Shown in pieces: positions 1-10,460 of a DNA stretch of 39,511 bases. A program made the position numbers and the translations under genes. The stretch covers positions 1-39,511 of the forward strand of contig CAZNDI010000002.1 in the NCBI GenBank assembly GCA_964571805.1, read 5' to 3'. The notes beneath the pieces are model-generated. The model was not told where the DNA came from. It saw nothing but the letters and a program-made list of their open reading frames with translations, and did no database searches. The stretch's first letter is position 1. The number at the start of each line of letters is the position of its first letter. This stretch comes from an uncultured Candidatus Peribacteria bacterium. GTDB taxonomy: Bacteria; Patescibacteriota; Gracilibacteria; UM-FILTER-43-11.

Positions 1-134
1 TATTTTGATGGAAAAAGTGGTCATAAGTTATTATTTAGTATGTACTTAGTATATCATAAGTAACTATATTGGCAAGATTTTCTTCACAGGATTGATTTTC
101 CTATGGCAAAAATAGCGATAAGCGGTTAGTGGCT

Positions 135-254
135 AGCAGTGAGCTAAACAAAATTCAGTTGCAGCAGGCTAAGCAACCCTAGGGGTCCCCTTTGGGGCTA
201 ACCGACCCAAAGGGTCTCCTTTGGGTCTAGCCACTAACCACTTGTGATGTAAGG
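135..254. repeat. Intergenic repeat family B, copy 1, with a nested 65-bp GC-rich hairpin insert
   Basis: 135-172 matches 36693-36730 at 32/38 positions. Similarity resumes at CCACTT after a 65-bp insert (173-237) flanked by CTAA on both sides. 13-bp inverted repeat GGTTAGTGGCTAG (124-136) / CTAGCCACTAACC (227-239). Confidence 0.6.
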
Positions 255-268
255 TAAATAAATATCCG

Positions 269-1363
269 TTATGCTGCCAGGGGCAACGACATGATCCCCT
301 TCTTGTCATGGGGAGAGGCTTTTTTTAAGCTCAAACCACTGGCAGAATCAAAAACTAGCACTAGCATTTGACCGTCTGGAAACTCAGCATTCGGAAAGCT
401 GAGGCGAACATCGGGATAGGGCATGAAGCGATTGATGATACCGTATTGTGAAGCTAAAAATAGAATTTTATTATAAATATCTGGCGTTATTTGGTTTAAA
501 TTAGAAGGTACATCGTTGAGAATTGAAGAATATAGGGCATTTAGTTTTTGGCTGTATTCATTATAGGTTATTGAATAGCCCCTCCCAGGGGTTATTTTTA
601 AATATTGCTCATCCAAAGTACTTTTATCGGAGGGTATTAAATTAGCTGATTCTCTGATTAAATCTTGAAGTGCCTTGAATATTTGAGGTAATTTTTTATC
701 TATCATGAGGCGATAATAAATAAGCCCTGCATTTAAATCGAGGGATTGAGTTTCGTTGGGATCAGGGGGATCACTTGCTACTTTTTCAATTGAGGAGGCT
801 GCGCTTGGGGTGCTTGGTTTGTTTACAAAACTTAATTGTGGGCTTTGAGGTGAGTGTTCATTAGGAGTGACCTGTATGATTTCCTCAAGATTTATGCCTT
901 TTGTGTAGCAGGGCAGAGTCTCTTTGGAAAAAAGCACGGGGAGCAATTGATGGGGAAGCAGGCCGCCTGGGTCAAAAATCATTTCCATGTCTTTCCATCG
1001 ACCAGGGTCAGCGCTCAATGCCCTCAGTTTTTCGGCAGCCTGAAGGGTCGCCTCCTCAAAACGCAGTCTTATTTCTTCTTCTGATTCGATCACCCCTGCT
1101 TGAATTAAAGCGGCTGTAAGCCCCCACAATCGATAACGCTCGACCATTTGCTCACGTTGTCTAGCCAAATCTAGCCCTTCCAATTCCTTGGCGAGGGTGT
1201 CAAAAGGAGTCGGCAGAGGCAATTCTGCTTCACTTCCTGCCACAGCCTGGTCTACCGCGCCTCGCACTTGTGCACCCGCTAGCCCTCCTTCATCAAGGGG
1301 TACAGCGTGCTCATTTGTTTCTGGAGTAGTAATTGGCATCATAATTGCTTTTACATCTCCCAA
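269..1363 (-). CDS. Hypothetical protein (ORFan)
   Basis: Long uninterrupted ORF. The first ATG pair (MMPITT..., about 1342) is a more likely start than the non-ATG codon at 1363. No motif recognised. Confidence 0.55.
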   Translation of the reverse strand: MGDVKAIMMPITTPETNEHAVPLDEGGLAGAQVRGAVDQAVAGSEAELPLPTPFDTLAKELEGLDLARQREQMVERYRLWGLTAALIQAGVIESEEEIRLRFEEATLQAAEKLRALSADPGRWKDMEMIFDPGGLLPHQLLPVLFSKETLPCYTKGINLEEIIQVTPNEHSPQSPQLSFVNKPSTPSAASSIEKVASDPPDPNETQSLDLNAGLIYYRLMIDKKLPQIFKALQDLIRESANLIPSDKSTLDEQYLKITPGRGYSITYNEYSQKLNALYSSILNDVPSNLNQITPDIYNKILFLASQYGIINRFMPYPDVRLSFPNAEFPDGQMLVLVFDSASGLSLKKASPHDKKGIMSLPLAA

Positions 1364-1423
1364 TTATACCATTTTATTCGCGATTTTCCTAAGAAAAATC
1401 AGGACTAATTAGAGGAATCACTT

Positions 1424-2233
1424 TTATTTTTTTGAAGCTTGATTGAGAGCTCTCTCTGCCATATCAGTCATGTATTGAACATTGCTATTATACTCTCCAA
1501 CACATGCGCTTTCTCCTTCCGGCGTCTCAGCTGCTATGACACAAGCCTCTTTATAGTCCATAAAACATGTAACTTCATTAGGCTCAAATTGATTTCCACT
1601 CTTCCGCCGCTTATCAACCTTTTCCATACAGGTAGCCACTACCCCCAACTTTTTTCTCATTCCAGCCAAAAAAATAAGCTGATGCTCTTTGATACTAGTG
1701 GCTTTTAAAAGCCTCCCAATATGAAGGTTTCCCCCGTCTCCATCTTCGGTTCTACCATCGCCAAGTGAACTTTCGTCTTGAGGAGGAGAAAGGGTAAAAT
1801 TATTTTTTACACTCGTATTTGAACTTGCCGACAGACTAGAGGCTTCCGCATGAACAACCGGCTTTGTTTGGGGGGCAGCAGGCACAGAGGGTAACGCTGA
1901 AGAGGGGGGTAAGCTTTGATTCACATCATAATCAACAGCAGGTTCTCGCAGGGCTAGGGGGCTAGCTAATTGATTGGAAGCTGAAATATTTCTCTGTTGC
2001 CTAGAGGCAGCGGCTGAAATATATTTCTGTTGCCTAGAGGCAGCGGCTGACCACCGTGTGCGATCAAGTGACACAGAAGGATTGCCCGTTTCAGGGGTTA
2101 AAGTTAACGTTGAGGTTGAGGCACAGCCAGTAAGGGCAAGTGATAAGCCTATGCGTCGCAATGTAGAAGCAGGAACTAATACTTCATACCACTTTGAATC
2201 TGGAGTATTATTGGGGAGGGTTGCTCTTTCCAT
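1424..2233 (-). CDS. Putative lipoprotein with Ser/Pro-rich linker
   Basis: ATG start. N-terminal hydrophobic stretch ends in the lipobox-like LALTGC. Low-complexity middle region. Contains an in-frame 33-bp tandem duplication. Confidence 0.6.
   Translation of the reverse strand: MERATLPNNTPDSKWYEVLVPASTLRRIGLSLALTGCASTSTLTLTPETGNPSVSLDRTRWSAAASRQQKYISAAASRQQRNISASNQLASPLALREPAVDYDVNQSLPPSSALPSVPAAPQTKPVVHAEASSLSASSNTSVKNNFTLSPPQDESSLGDGRTEDGDGGNLHIGRLLKATSIKEHQLIFLAGMRKKLGVVATCMEKVDKRRKSGNQFEPNEVTCFMDYKEACVIAAETPEGESACVGEYNSNVQYMTDMAERALNQASKK
1980..2045. repeat. 33-bp x2 in-frame tandem duplication inside the lipoprotein gene
   Basis: GCTGAAATATTTCTCTGTTGCCTAGAGGCAGCG followed by GCTGAAATATATTTCTGTTGCCTAGAGGCAGCG. 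Encodes AAASRQQ(K/R)(Y/N)IS twice on the minus strand. Confidence 0.85.
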
Positions 2234-2470
2234 AATTGACTTGAATTAATTTAAGTATAAAATCAACTGAACAATATTTTAATGTTTTTTTTAAGATTTG
2301 TCAATAATATTTGATTTTCTCTAGTGACAGAGGATAATCTGCCGAAAATTTTCCGGATTTCTTTCTCGCTAGGGATATACGAACTAATTGGATTTTAGTA
2401 ACAGTTTTTTTATTTCAAAAAATGAGTAAGATAGAAATAGTCACAAAATGACTTTAAATAAAGATTATTG

Positions 2471-2740
2471 ATGAACAAATTTTTTGATCAAATTAAGGAA
2501 GCACTCACTCAAAAAAATTCTCTCTATATAAAGGTTAAGGTCATCGCCAAATCGCCCCAGACAGAAATTGTGGATCTAATGGAGGATGAGACCTATAAGA
2601 TTAGAGTGGCGGCCATGCCTTTAAAGGGGGCAGCGAATGAAGAACTTTGTAAATTTCTCAAAAAAACCCTAAAGGCTAAAGAGGTTGCCATTGTCAGCGG
2701 AGGAAGAGACGCGGTCAAGCTAATTCGGATTAGCATTTAA
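2471..2740 (+). CDS. DUF167/YggU-family small protein
   Basis: About 89 aa. The pattern IKVKVIAKS...IRVAAMPLKGAANEEL..FL...L....V.IVSGGRDAVKLIRI matches the YggU/DUF167 signature. The ATG at 2471 directly follows the TTG at 2468. Confidence 0.6.
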   Translation: MNKFFDQIKEALTQKNSLYIKVKVIAKSPQTEIVDLMEDETYKIRVAAMPLKGAANEELCKFLKKTLKAKEVAIVSGGRDAVKLIRISI

Positions 2741-2978
2741 TTAAAACTATCGAGGCACTAGCTCTATTTCCTTCTTATCAATTGCAGCAAATAGTTCTAA
2801 GCCGAGCCTATACATCTCTTGGCCAATTTTGCGACGCACTTGAGGAGTTAATTCAGCCAAAATATTAATATAGCTATAATAATTATTAAATCAAATATGT
2901 CAACTTCTAGTGGATATTTCTTGCTTCAAACCTTGTTTTTAGGTAACCTTTTCAAGCATTAAAAAAATAATAATAGCC

Positions 2979-4247
2979 ATGATCGACCTCAAAAAACTCA
3001 GAGAAAATAAAACGGAATTCGAAGCCGCCTTCCAAAAGAAACACTTCAAAATGGACCTAGATCAACTTCTGAAGCTCGATGAAATGCATCGCGATTTGAT
3101 CGTACGTGTGGAAAGCATGCGAGCCAAAAAAAATGAAGTTTCCAAAATGATCCCCACCCTCCCTGTCGACCAAAGAGAAGCCAAAATTGCAGAGATGAAA
3201 GTCTTGGGAGACGAACTCGAAGGCATGGAATACGAACTGAACACAATTTTTGCTCAACTAAAAGAAATTCAAACCACCCTCCCCAACCCTCCGCACGAAT
3301 CAGTGCCTGCAGGGGAATCGGACGAAGACAATGTCGTCATCAAAACCGTAGGGACCCCTCGAAAATTTGATTTTGAACCCAAAGACCACATTGAACTTGG
3401 AGAATCCCTAGACCTCATCGACACCGAAACTGGAGCTAAGACCAGTGGAGCACGCTTCTACTACCTCAAAAATGAAGCCGTACTGCTCGAATTCGCTTTG
3501 GTCAACTGGCTCCTGCAAAAATACGTCGCCAAGGGCTTCACCCCAGTCACTGTGCCCATGCTCGTCAAAGAGGAGATGATGTATGCCACCGGGTTTTTTC
3601 CCGCGGATAAAAGTGAAATTTACTCCGTCAATCCAGGGGAAGATGATTTGTACCTTGTGGGAACTTCGGAAGTCGCCCTGGCAGGCCTCCACATGTTTAA
3701 ACCCCTAGAGGCAGAAAAACTCCCCAAGCGCTACATCGGCTTTTCCTCCTGTTTTCGACGAGAGGCAGGCAGCTATGGCAAAGACACCAAGGGAATTTTG
3801 AGAGTGCATCAATTCGATAAAATGGAAATGTTTTCTTTTTGTCATCCCGATAAATCGTGGGAAGAACATGATTTTCTCCTCAGCATGGAAGAAGAAATTC
3901 TGAGTGATCTTGAACTCCCCTATCAAGTCGTCAATATTTGTGGAGGAGATTTGGGGGCACCCGCGGCTAAGAAATACGATTGTGAAGTCTGGATTCCTAC
4001 GCAGGGAAAATACCGAGAACTCACCAGTTGCTCCAACTGCACCGATTTTCAAGCCCGACGAGGAGGCATCCGCTACAAAGACGAAACAGGTACCCATTTG
4101 CTTCACACTTTGAATGGAACCGCCATGGCTTCGACCCGAACGCTAATCGCCATCATGGAAAATTATCAGGAAGCAGATGGGAGCATTCGCATCCCAAAAG
4201 TGCTACAATCGTATATGAACGGATCAACAAAAATTAACCCCAAATAA
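2979..4247 (+). CDS. serS: Seryl-tRNA synthetase
   Basis: 422 aa. N-terminal coiled-coil arm and class II core motifs (GARFYYLK, LVGTSEV, FRREAGS, LNGTAMA). Confidence 0.95.
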   Translation: MIDLKKLRENKTEFEAAFQKKHFKMDLDQLLKLDEMHRDLIVRVESMRAKKNEVSKMIPTLPVDQREAKIAEMKVLGDELEGMEYELNTIFAQLKEIQTTLPNPPHESVPAGESDEDNVVIKTVGTPRKFDFEPKDHIELGESLDLIDTETGAKTSGARFYYLKNEAVLLEFALVNWLLQKYVAKGFTPVTVPMLVKEEMMYATGFFPADKSEIYSVNPGEDDLYLVGTSEVALAGLHMFKPLEAEKLPKRYIGFSSCFRREAGSYGKDTKGILRVHQFDKMEMFSFCHPDKSWEEHDFLLSMEEEILSDLELPYQVVNICGGDLGAPAAKKYDCEVWIPTQGKYRELTSCSNCTDFQARRGGIRYKDETGTHLLHTLNGTAMASTRTLIAIMENYQEADGSIRIPKVLQSYMNGSTKINPK

Positions 4248-4250
4248 CTT

Positions 4251-6128
4251 ATGGCTCAAACGCCACGCCCTGCGGGATCATCAAAATATGAACCGCCAAA
4301 AAAAGGCGGCAATAGCTTTATTTATGTCGTGATTTTCGCCCTGCTTTTGACCCTTTCTTACTATCTTTTTAGCCCCGATCAAGCCGAGGCAAAAAAACAA
4401 ACAGAAGTTCCCATCACTCAAATGGTGAAGGATTTTAAAGAGGGGAAATATGAAAAAATTAAGGTGGAGGGAGACAAAGTCATCGCCACCGCCAAAGATG
4501 GTGAAGTTTATTTGGCCTATCGAGATTTAAGTGAAGGAATCACTGAATTGGGACTGAGTGATGCCACGAATACCACTCCTGTCACAGTGAAAAGTAATAC
4601 CCAGACCAATTTTTGGATCAGTATCATTTCCAGCTGGCTTCCCATCATCCTTTTTGTCGCCCTCATCATCTTTATGGGCCGACAACTAGGGAAAGGAGCC
4701 AATAGCGCCTTCTCTTTTGGAAAGTCTCAAGCCAAAATTTATAATAAGGAAGGGAAAAAGAAGACCACCTTTGCAGATGTAGCCGGGATGGATGAGTCAA
4801 AGAGTGAGCTGGTTGAAATTGTTGATTTCTTGAAGCATCCCAAAAAGTACACCAAAATGGGTGCCAAAATTCCAAGAGGGGTCGTCCTAGTGGGTAATCC
4901 AGGCACTGGTAAAACCCTCCTCGCTCGGGCAGTCGCTGGTGAAGCGGATGTCCCCTTCTTCAGTATTTCGGGGTCAGAATTTGTGGAAATGTTTGTGGGC
5001 GTGGGAGCCAGCCGAGTACGGGATCTTTTTCAGAAAGCGAAAAATAATGCGCCTTGTATTATTTTTATTGATGAAATCGATGCGGTGGGTCGACAACGTG
5101 GCTTCGGCATGGGAGGGGGACACGACGAACGGGAGCAAACTTTGAATCAAATTTTGACGGAAATGGACGGCTTTGAAAATGAAACCAATGTCATCGTGAT
5201 CGCCGCTACCAACCGTCCCGACGTGCTGGATGCCGCCTTAATGCGACCGGGTCGTTTTGATCGACGGGTCATCATCGACATGCCCAACATCAAAGAGCGT
5301 ATTGAGATTCTAAACGTTCATGCCAGAAATAAAGTTTTCGACAAAACCGCAGATTTAGAACGAGTGGCCAAAAAAACACCCGGCTTCTCGGGAGCGGATT
5401 TAGAAAATCTCCTGAATGAATCGGCAATATTGGCCGCTAAAAATGACCGGACCGAGATCACAGGAGCCGACATGGAGGAAGCCATTGAAAAAGTAGGCCT
5501 TGGACCTGAGAAAAAATCTCGACGCCTCAGCGACGAAGAAAAGAAAATCACGGCCTATCATGAAGTGGGTCACGCGCTTGTGGGGAAATTACTTCCTGGT
5601 TGTGATCCTGTGGAAAAAGTTTCCATCATCCCCCGAGGGATGGCTTTGGGGGTAACCTGGTTTTTACCCGAGGAAGACAAACATCTGACGTCCGTTTCCA
5701 AATTTAAAGATCGCATGTGTTCTCTCATTGGAGGTCATGCGGCCGAGCAGTTTATTTTTGGTGAAGTGACCACAGGTGCCAGCAGTGATTTGAAACGAGC
5801 GACGGACATTGCGAGGCATATGGTCAAGAACTATGGAATGAGTGAATTGGGCCCTGTTATTTTTGGCGACCAGTCTTCGAGTTTCATGGGGGCCGAAGTG
5901 GGTTCAAAGGCTAATTATAGTGAACAAGTTGCCTTCCAGATCGATCAGGCCATTTCTAAATTGGTGCTCGAAGCTCAGAAAAAAACCATGGAAATTTTGA
6001 AAAAGAATAAAGCCTTATTGGATGCCATTGCCCAAGAGCTCCTAAAAAAAGAAGTCTTAACCAAAGAGGAATTCAATGCTTTTTTTGAACCAAAGAAAAG
6101 CACAGGTCGCACGAGTAAGACGGTGTGA
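4251..6128 (+). CDS. ftsH: ATP-dependent zinc metalloprotease FtsH
   Basis: Two TM segments, AAA+ Walker A GNPGTGKT, Walker B IIFIDEID, zinc motif HEVGHAL. Starts 3 nt after the serS stop. Confidence 0.95.
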   Translation: MAQTPRPAGSSKYEPPKKGGNSFIYVVIFALLLTLSYYLFSPDQAEAKKQTEVPITQMVKDFKEGKYEKIKVEGDKVIATAKDGEVYLAYRDLSEGITELGLSDATNTTPVTVKSNTQTNFWISIISSWLPIILFVALIIFMGRQLGKGANSAFSFGKSQAKIYNKEGKKKTTFADVAGMDESKSELVEIVDFLKHPKKYTKMGAKIPRGVVLVGNPGTGKTLLARAVAGEADVPFFSISGSEFVEMFVGVGASRVRDLFQKAKNNAPCIIFIDEIDAVGRQRGFGMGGGHDEREQTLNQILTEMDGFENETNVIVIAATNRPDVLDAALMRPGRFDRRVIIDMPNIKERIEILNVHARNKVFDKTADLERVAKKTPGFSGADLENLLNESAILAAKNDRTEITGADMEEAIEKVGLGPEKKSRRLSDEEKKITAYHEVGHALVGKLLPGCDPVEKVSIIPRGMALGVTWFLPEEDKHLTSVSKFKDRMCSLIGGHAAEQFIFGEVTTGASSDLKRATDIARHMVKNYGMSELGPVIFGDQSSSFMGAEVGSKANYSEQVAFQIDQAISKLVLEAQKKTMEILKKNKALLDAIAQELLKKEVLTKEEFNAFFEPKKSTGRTSKTV

Positions 6129-6177
6129 GCGTTTCATCCCCTTCTCCTTTCAAAGCTCATTAATTCACGTTTAAGTC

Positions 6178-6612
6178 ATGAAAAATACTTTTGCTACTCA
6201 AACCTCTTCAGATCGAACGATTAAAATTGGCTCTGCTGCCACAGAGGAAATGAACATCAATACCCCAGACAATGTGGGTCAACTTCCTGTCGACGTCTTG
6301 GAAAATAAGCATGAAATCAAAATCATTGCCCCCCTCGCTGGAGTGGACATTGATGCCGTAGAAATTCTCATCAACGGGGATGTACTGACCATCAAAGGAG
6401 AACGCCTTTTGGACCAAGAGGTAACCAGCCTCAAAGGCGTGGATACCTATGTTCAAGAGTGCTACTGGGGCAATTTCAGCCGGAGTGTCATTCTTCCACT
6501 ACATGCCGACTCCGCTCAAATTGAAGCCACTCAAAAGAATCATATTTTGTACATCAGCATCCCAAAAAAAGCCACCGTCCAAATGCGGATTGTGAAGATT
6601 AAATCCAAATAA
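6178..6612 (+). CDS. Hsp20/alpha-crystallin family small heat-shock protein
   Basis: Alpha-crystallin domain pattern (LPVDVLENKHEIKIIAPLAGV...LTIKGER...GNFSRSVILP...IEATQKNHILYISIPKK). The start may be an internal Met. Confidence 0.85.
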   Translation: MKNTFATQTSSDRTIKIGSAATEEMNINTPDNVGQLPVDVLENKHEIKIIAPLAGVDIDAVEILINGDVLTIKGERLLDQEVTSLKGVDTYVQECYWGNFSRSVILPLHADSAQIEATQKNHILYISIPKKATVQMRIVKIKSK

Positions 6613-6678
6613 ATATTGTCTAGAATTCAAAACAATCCGCTAACTGTTCGTTGACCATCCGTAAGACCATCCGACATT

Positions 6679-7491
6679 ATGAAAATCAGAAAAGCAGTTT
6701 TGCCTGTGGCAGGCATGGGAACTCGATTCTTGCCAGTCACCAAGGTGGTCCCCAAAGAACTCCTTCCTATTGTAGATAAGCCTGTCATTCAATATTTAGT
6801 GGAGGAGGCTGTTTTGAGCGGAATTGAAGAGATTATTTTTGTGATCTCAAAAGACAAAGAACTGATCCGGGATCATTTTTCTCATCACCCAGAATTGGAA
6901 GCGATCCTTAAAGAAAGGGACAAACATCACATTGCAGAGAAGCTGAATTTGATTCACCGTTCAGCCAAATTCAGTTATGTTTATCAAAATGAGCCCTTGG
7001 GAGATGGTCACGCCATCTTACAGGCAGAAGCTTTGGTCGGAAATGAGCCTTTTTTGGTTCTTTTTGGCGATGACATTGTCAAGGGTGACGTCCCCGCTGC
7101 CAGGCAGTTGATGGATCATTTTAAAGGGGAAGCGATCATCGCGGTGGAGCAAGTTTCGAAAGATTGGATTTCTTCCTACGGAGTCATTGACCCTGGTGAA
7201 AAAAAAGGAAGGCTCTATGAGGTGAAAGGGATGGTGGAGAAACCCAACCCAAATGACGCCCCAAGTGATTTGGGGGTGATTGGAAAATATATTTGCCCTC
7301 CCGAAATTTTCGAAGCCATTCGGAAAAGTGCAACAGGAAAGGATGGCGAGTTGAGATTGATTGATGGCCTCATCAAACTAGGAGAAACTCAACCGATTTG
7401 GGCCTATCTCCTTGAAGGCGAACGCTTTGACACTGGAAAACCTTCGGGCTTGATTGCGGCAAACAATGCGTTTTTAAAGAATAAAGTGTGA
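6679..7491 (+). CDS. galU: UTP--glucose-1-phosphate uridylyltransferase
   Basis: N-terminal KAVLPVAGMGTRFLPVTKVVPKELLPIVDKP and the later GDGHAIL, VEKP motifs are typical of GalU. Confidence 0.9.
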   Translation: MKIRKAVLPVAGMGTRFLPVTKVVPKELLPIVDKPVIQYLVEEAVLSGIEEIIFVISKDKELIRDHFSHHPELEAILKERDKHHIAEKLNLIHRSAKFSYVYQNEPLGDGHAILQAEALVGNEPFLVLFGDDIVKGDVPAARQLMDHFKGEAIIAVEQVSKDWISSYGVIDPGEKKGRLYEVKGMVEKPNPNDAPSDLGVIGKYICPPEIFEAIRKSATGKDGELRLIDGLIKLGETQPIWAYLLEGERFDTGKPSGLIAANNAFLKNKV

Positions 7492-7574
7492 AAACGAGGC
7501 TTCACCCGGCGCTTGGAGCCACTATTGCAATGAGACAAGAAATAAGCTAAAATAAGGCAACCAATAAAAATGAT

Positions 7575-8192
7575 ATGACAAATCAACAACAAGACGATGA
7601 TTACCCCGATGATATCGCTCGGGCCCTCAATAGCATTGAGGAACTTAAAATGAATGGCCGGCATGAAGAATCGATTTCAGAAGCTGAAAGATTGCTTTTT
7701 GATAACCCTGATTGCGTAGAGGCTTTGGAGGAAATTGCCGACAACTACGTGAGTCTCGACAAGTTTGAAAAAGCCAAAAAAGCTTGTGAAAGAGCTTTAA
7801 AACTGGATGAAAAGAGCTATACGGCCAAATACATTCTTGGCTTCATTCATTCTCAAAAACAACAGTGGAAGCAGGCGGTGGAGTATCTCAAAAGTTCCAA
7901 CACCATTCATGGCAATAACCCTGAAATCTTACGTTGCTTAGGCTGGGCTCTTTTCAATGGAGGAAAACGCACTCAAGGAGTGGTGATTTTGGAGCGGTCG
8001 CTAAATTTAGATCCTGAGAACTCTTTGACCCTTTGTGATTTAGGGATTTGCTACATGCAGATGAAAAATTTTGACAAATCGATTCAACTCCTCAAAAAGG
8101 CCATGCAATTGGACCCTCATAACCGCCGGGTTCAAGACTGTTTCGAAGCCGCCAATGCGTTTCGAAATAAATTTATGGGATTGAAAAAGTAG
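7575..8192 (+). CDS. TPR-repeat protein
   Basis: Repeated 34-aa helical units with A/Y/L periodicity (AL..D....A.Y.LG..) throughout the 205 aa. Confidence 0.7.
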   Translation: MTNQQQDDDYPDDIARALNSIEELKMNGRHEESISEAERLLFDNPDCVEALEEIADNYVSLDKFEKAKKACERALKLDEKSYTAKYILGFIHSQKQQWKQAVEYLKSSNTIHGNNPEILRCLGWALFNGGKRTQGVVILERSLNLDPENSLTLCDLGICYMQMKNFDKSIQLLKKAMQLDPHNRRVQDCFEAANAFRNKFMGLKK

Positions 8193-8229
8193 TGATTTAA
8201 TAGTTCATCCACTGAATCTGTAAAATTTT

Positions 8230-8643
8230 ATGAAGAAAGGAGTTGTGGTCATGGGCTTCGGTACCTTTGATGGCCTCCATCCGGGGCATCTTTTTTATTT
8301 GAGCGAATTGAAGAAATTGGGAGATGAACTCATCATTGTGATCGCCAGAGATCGAAGCGTGAAACGGATCAAGGGGAAATCCCCTTTTTTTGGTGAAAAT
8401 AGCCGTCTTGAAGCCGTTAAAGAGCTTGATTTAGCCACCGAGGTCGTACTGGGGAGTGAAACAGACTTTTATGAAGTGGTCAGAAGTTTTAATCCTGATA
8501 TTTTGGGCTTTGGCTATGATCAACGAGTGAATGAGGATGAAATCAGGAAAAGCTTCCCAAACCTTCAAATGAAACGGATTGAAGGTCATCATCCTGAAAA
8601 ATATAAGTCCAGTCTCATCAAACGCGAGCAAGAAGACGGTTGA
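8230..8643 (+). CDS. Cytidylyltransferase-fold nucleotidyltransferase, RibL-like FMN adenylyltransferase
   Basis: GTFDGLHPGH (HxGH nucleotidyltransferase motif), GDELIIVIARD, PDILGFGYDQ. About 135 aa, like archaeal-type FAD synthetase. Confidence 0.6.
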   Translation: MKKGVVVMGFGTFDGLHPGHLFYLSELKKLGDELIIVIARDRSVKRIKGKSPFFGENSRLEAVKELDLATEVVLGSETDFYEVVRSFNPDILGFGYDQRVNEDEIRKSFPNLQMKRIEGHHPEKYKSSLIKREQEDG

Positions 8644-8731
8644 ACCACCGCATAGTTTTAAAATGGCTCACCGCTTGCTCGAGGATTGTTCTTTTGTTAT
8701 ATTTGAGGCCTAATAAAAATAGAAAAAAATA

Positions 8732-9697
8732 ATGAATCCTAGCCCCTTTCACCTTCAACGCTTTTTAAAACGATCTTTCGTTAACGCAGGGCACAGTTTA
8801 ATGAGAAATAAGCTCTTGATGATGGCCACGGTTTTTATCATTGCTCTGATGCTTTTTGTTTTTAATTTGATTTTGGCCCTCAGCTTCGCCAGCGATTCTG
8901 TGATTGAAAATGTGGAAGAGAAACTAGACATCAACATAGAAATTGTGGACGGTGCAGAAAGCTATAGCGTTGAAGCCTTCATTAAAACCTTGAAAAGTAA
9001 TCCAAAAATTAAGGAGGTCGTTTATATTAGCAAAGATGAAGCACTCAAAAAGTTTGGGAATAAATACCCTAATGTGATTACTTTTTTGGATCGAAACAAT
9101 TTGGACAATCCCCTTCCCGATAGCCTACGCGTGGTGACCCAAAGTTTGGCAGACAACAATAAAATCATCGCGTTTTTGGAAGAACCTCAGTTCAGCTCTC
9201 TTGTCGATCAGGAGAAGTTATTAAAAAATGCGGAACAAAAACAAAGGAACGAAAAGATTTTAGCCATCACCACCAGCATTAAAAACACAAGTCTATGGCT
9301 CATTCTTATTTTTGCACTAGTGGGAGTCATGATCATTTTCAATAGCATCAACATTAAGATCCATACCCATGAAAAGGAAATTCAAATCATGAAATTAGTG
9401 GGAGCTAAATACAGCTTCATCCGGGCGGGATTTGTGATGGAGGGGATTATTTTTGCTTTGCTTGCCTTGGTCATTAGTCTCATTTTTTCAAGGCTAGTCT
9501 TGGCTTATTTAGCGAGCAATTTGGTGACCATCATCGACAATGAAACCCTTATGGCAGGGCTGAATGCCATTCTTGTTCATTTTCAGGATCAATTTTGGAT
9601 GACTTTAGTTTGGCAGTTTTTAGCCACGCTGGTGGCTGGATTTTTGAGCAGCTACTTGGCCATTGAATTGTATTTGAGGAGAGCTCATAATTTTTAA
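8732..9697 (+). CDS. ftsX: FtsX-like permease (cell division / ABC transporter permease family)
   Basis: N-terminal TM segment, a roughly 130-aa extracytoplasmic domain, then three C-terminal TM segments. KLVGAKYSFIRAGF resembles the FtsX box. No ftsE adjacent. Confidence 0.7.
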   Translation: MNPSPFHLQRFLKRSFVNAGHSLMRNKLLMMATVFIIALMLFVFNLILALSFASDSVIENVEEKLDINIEIVDGAESYSVEAFIKTLKSNPKIKEVVYISKDEALKKFGNKYPNVITFLDRNNLDNPLPDSLRVVTQSLADNNKIIAFLEEPQFSSLVDQEKLLKNAEQKQRNEKILAITTSIKNTSLWLILIFALVGVMIIFNSINIKIHTHEKEIQIMKLVGAKYSFIRAGFVMEGIIFALLALVISLIFSRLVLAYLASNLVTIIDNETLMAGLNAILVHFQDQFWMTLVWQFLATLVAGFLSSYLAIELYLRRAHNF

Positions 9698-9711
9698 TTT
9701 TAAAGCGAGAC

Positions 9712-10449
9712 TTGGAACATCAAATCAAAACCAGAGGTATCGTATTGAGGCGCATTGATTTCGGTGAAGCGGATCAAATTGTCACGGTGCTGACAGAAGA
9801 TCAGGGGAAAATTGCTCTGGTGGCAAAGGGGGCAAGGCGACTGAAGAGTAAATTTCTGGGAAAACTAGAACTCCTGTATGAGGCTGAACTTAATTATTTT
9901 ATGGGGCGTGAGCTGGGGCATTTGAATGAAGCGGTAAGCCATATTTTGCTTGATGAAAGGGATTTGGATTTGAAGTCAAGGAGCCTTCTTTTTTACATGG
10001 CCGAAACGACTCATAAACTCGTGGCGGAAGAACAGGAGTGTCAAAAAATTTATCATCTTTTGAGGGAGGCCTTGATGAATTTTGATACCCTTTCCTCGGA
10101 GTCTATTTTTTATGCCTATCTGGTCAAGCTTTTGACAGAACTAGGCTTCATGGCGGATTGGAGTAGGTGCAGTGAAACCAGTGAAAAACTCGATTTAAAT
10201 CGCCCTTACTTTTTGTCGACTCACGACGCAAGTCTGACCACCAATGTTCAACTGTCTTTGTCTGGGACTCCACTGAGTACCTCAATCATCAAATGGGTCA
10301 ATTATACTCAAAAAAATGAGCTGCCTCAGTTAAAAAACATTCGACCTAGCGAACGGGAACGGGCCGAAATTTTCTTCATCTTAAAATCTGTGATGGGAAC
10401 GCTTTTGAACCACCCCTTCAAATCTGAAGCCTTCATGCAATCAATTTAA
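9712..10449 (+). CDS. recO: DNA repair protein RecO
   Basis: TTG start. The N-terminal OB-fold pattern GIVLRRIDFGEADQIVTVLTEDQGKIALVAKGARRLKSKF is typical of RecO. Confidence 0.85.
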   Translation: MEHQIKTRGIVLRRIDFGEADQIVTVLTEDQGKIALVAKGARRLKSKFLGKLELLYEAELNYFMGRELGHLNEAVSHILLDERDLDLKSRSLLFYMAETTHKLVAEEQECQKIYHLLREALMNFDTLSSESIFYAYLVKLLTELGFMADWSRCSETSEKLDLNRPYFLSTHDASLTTNVQLSLSGTPLSTSIIKWVNYTQKNELPQLKNIRPSERERAEIFFILKSVMGTLLNHPFKSEAFMQSI

Positions 10450-10460
10450 TTTCTCGGCAA

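Noticed and set aside
2741-2880. Short minus-strand ORF (about 38 codons from a TTG; ...LAELTPQVRRKIGQEMYRLGLELFAAIDKKEIELVPR)
   Set aside because: It is too short, has no ATG and matches no recognisable family. It may be a gene remnant, but that cannot be supported from sequence alone.
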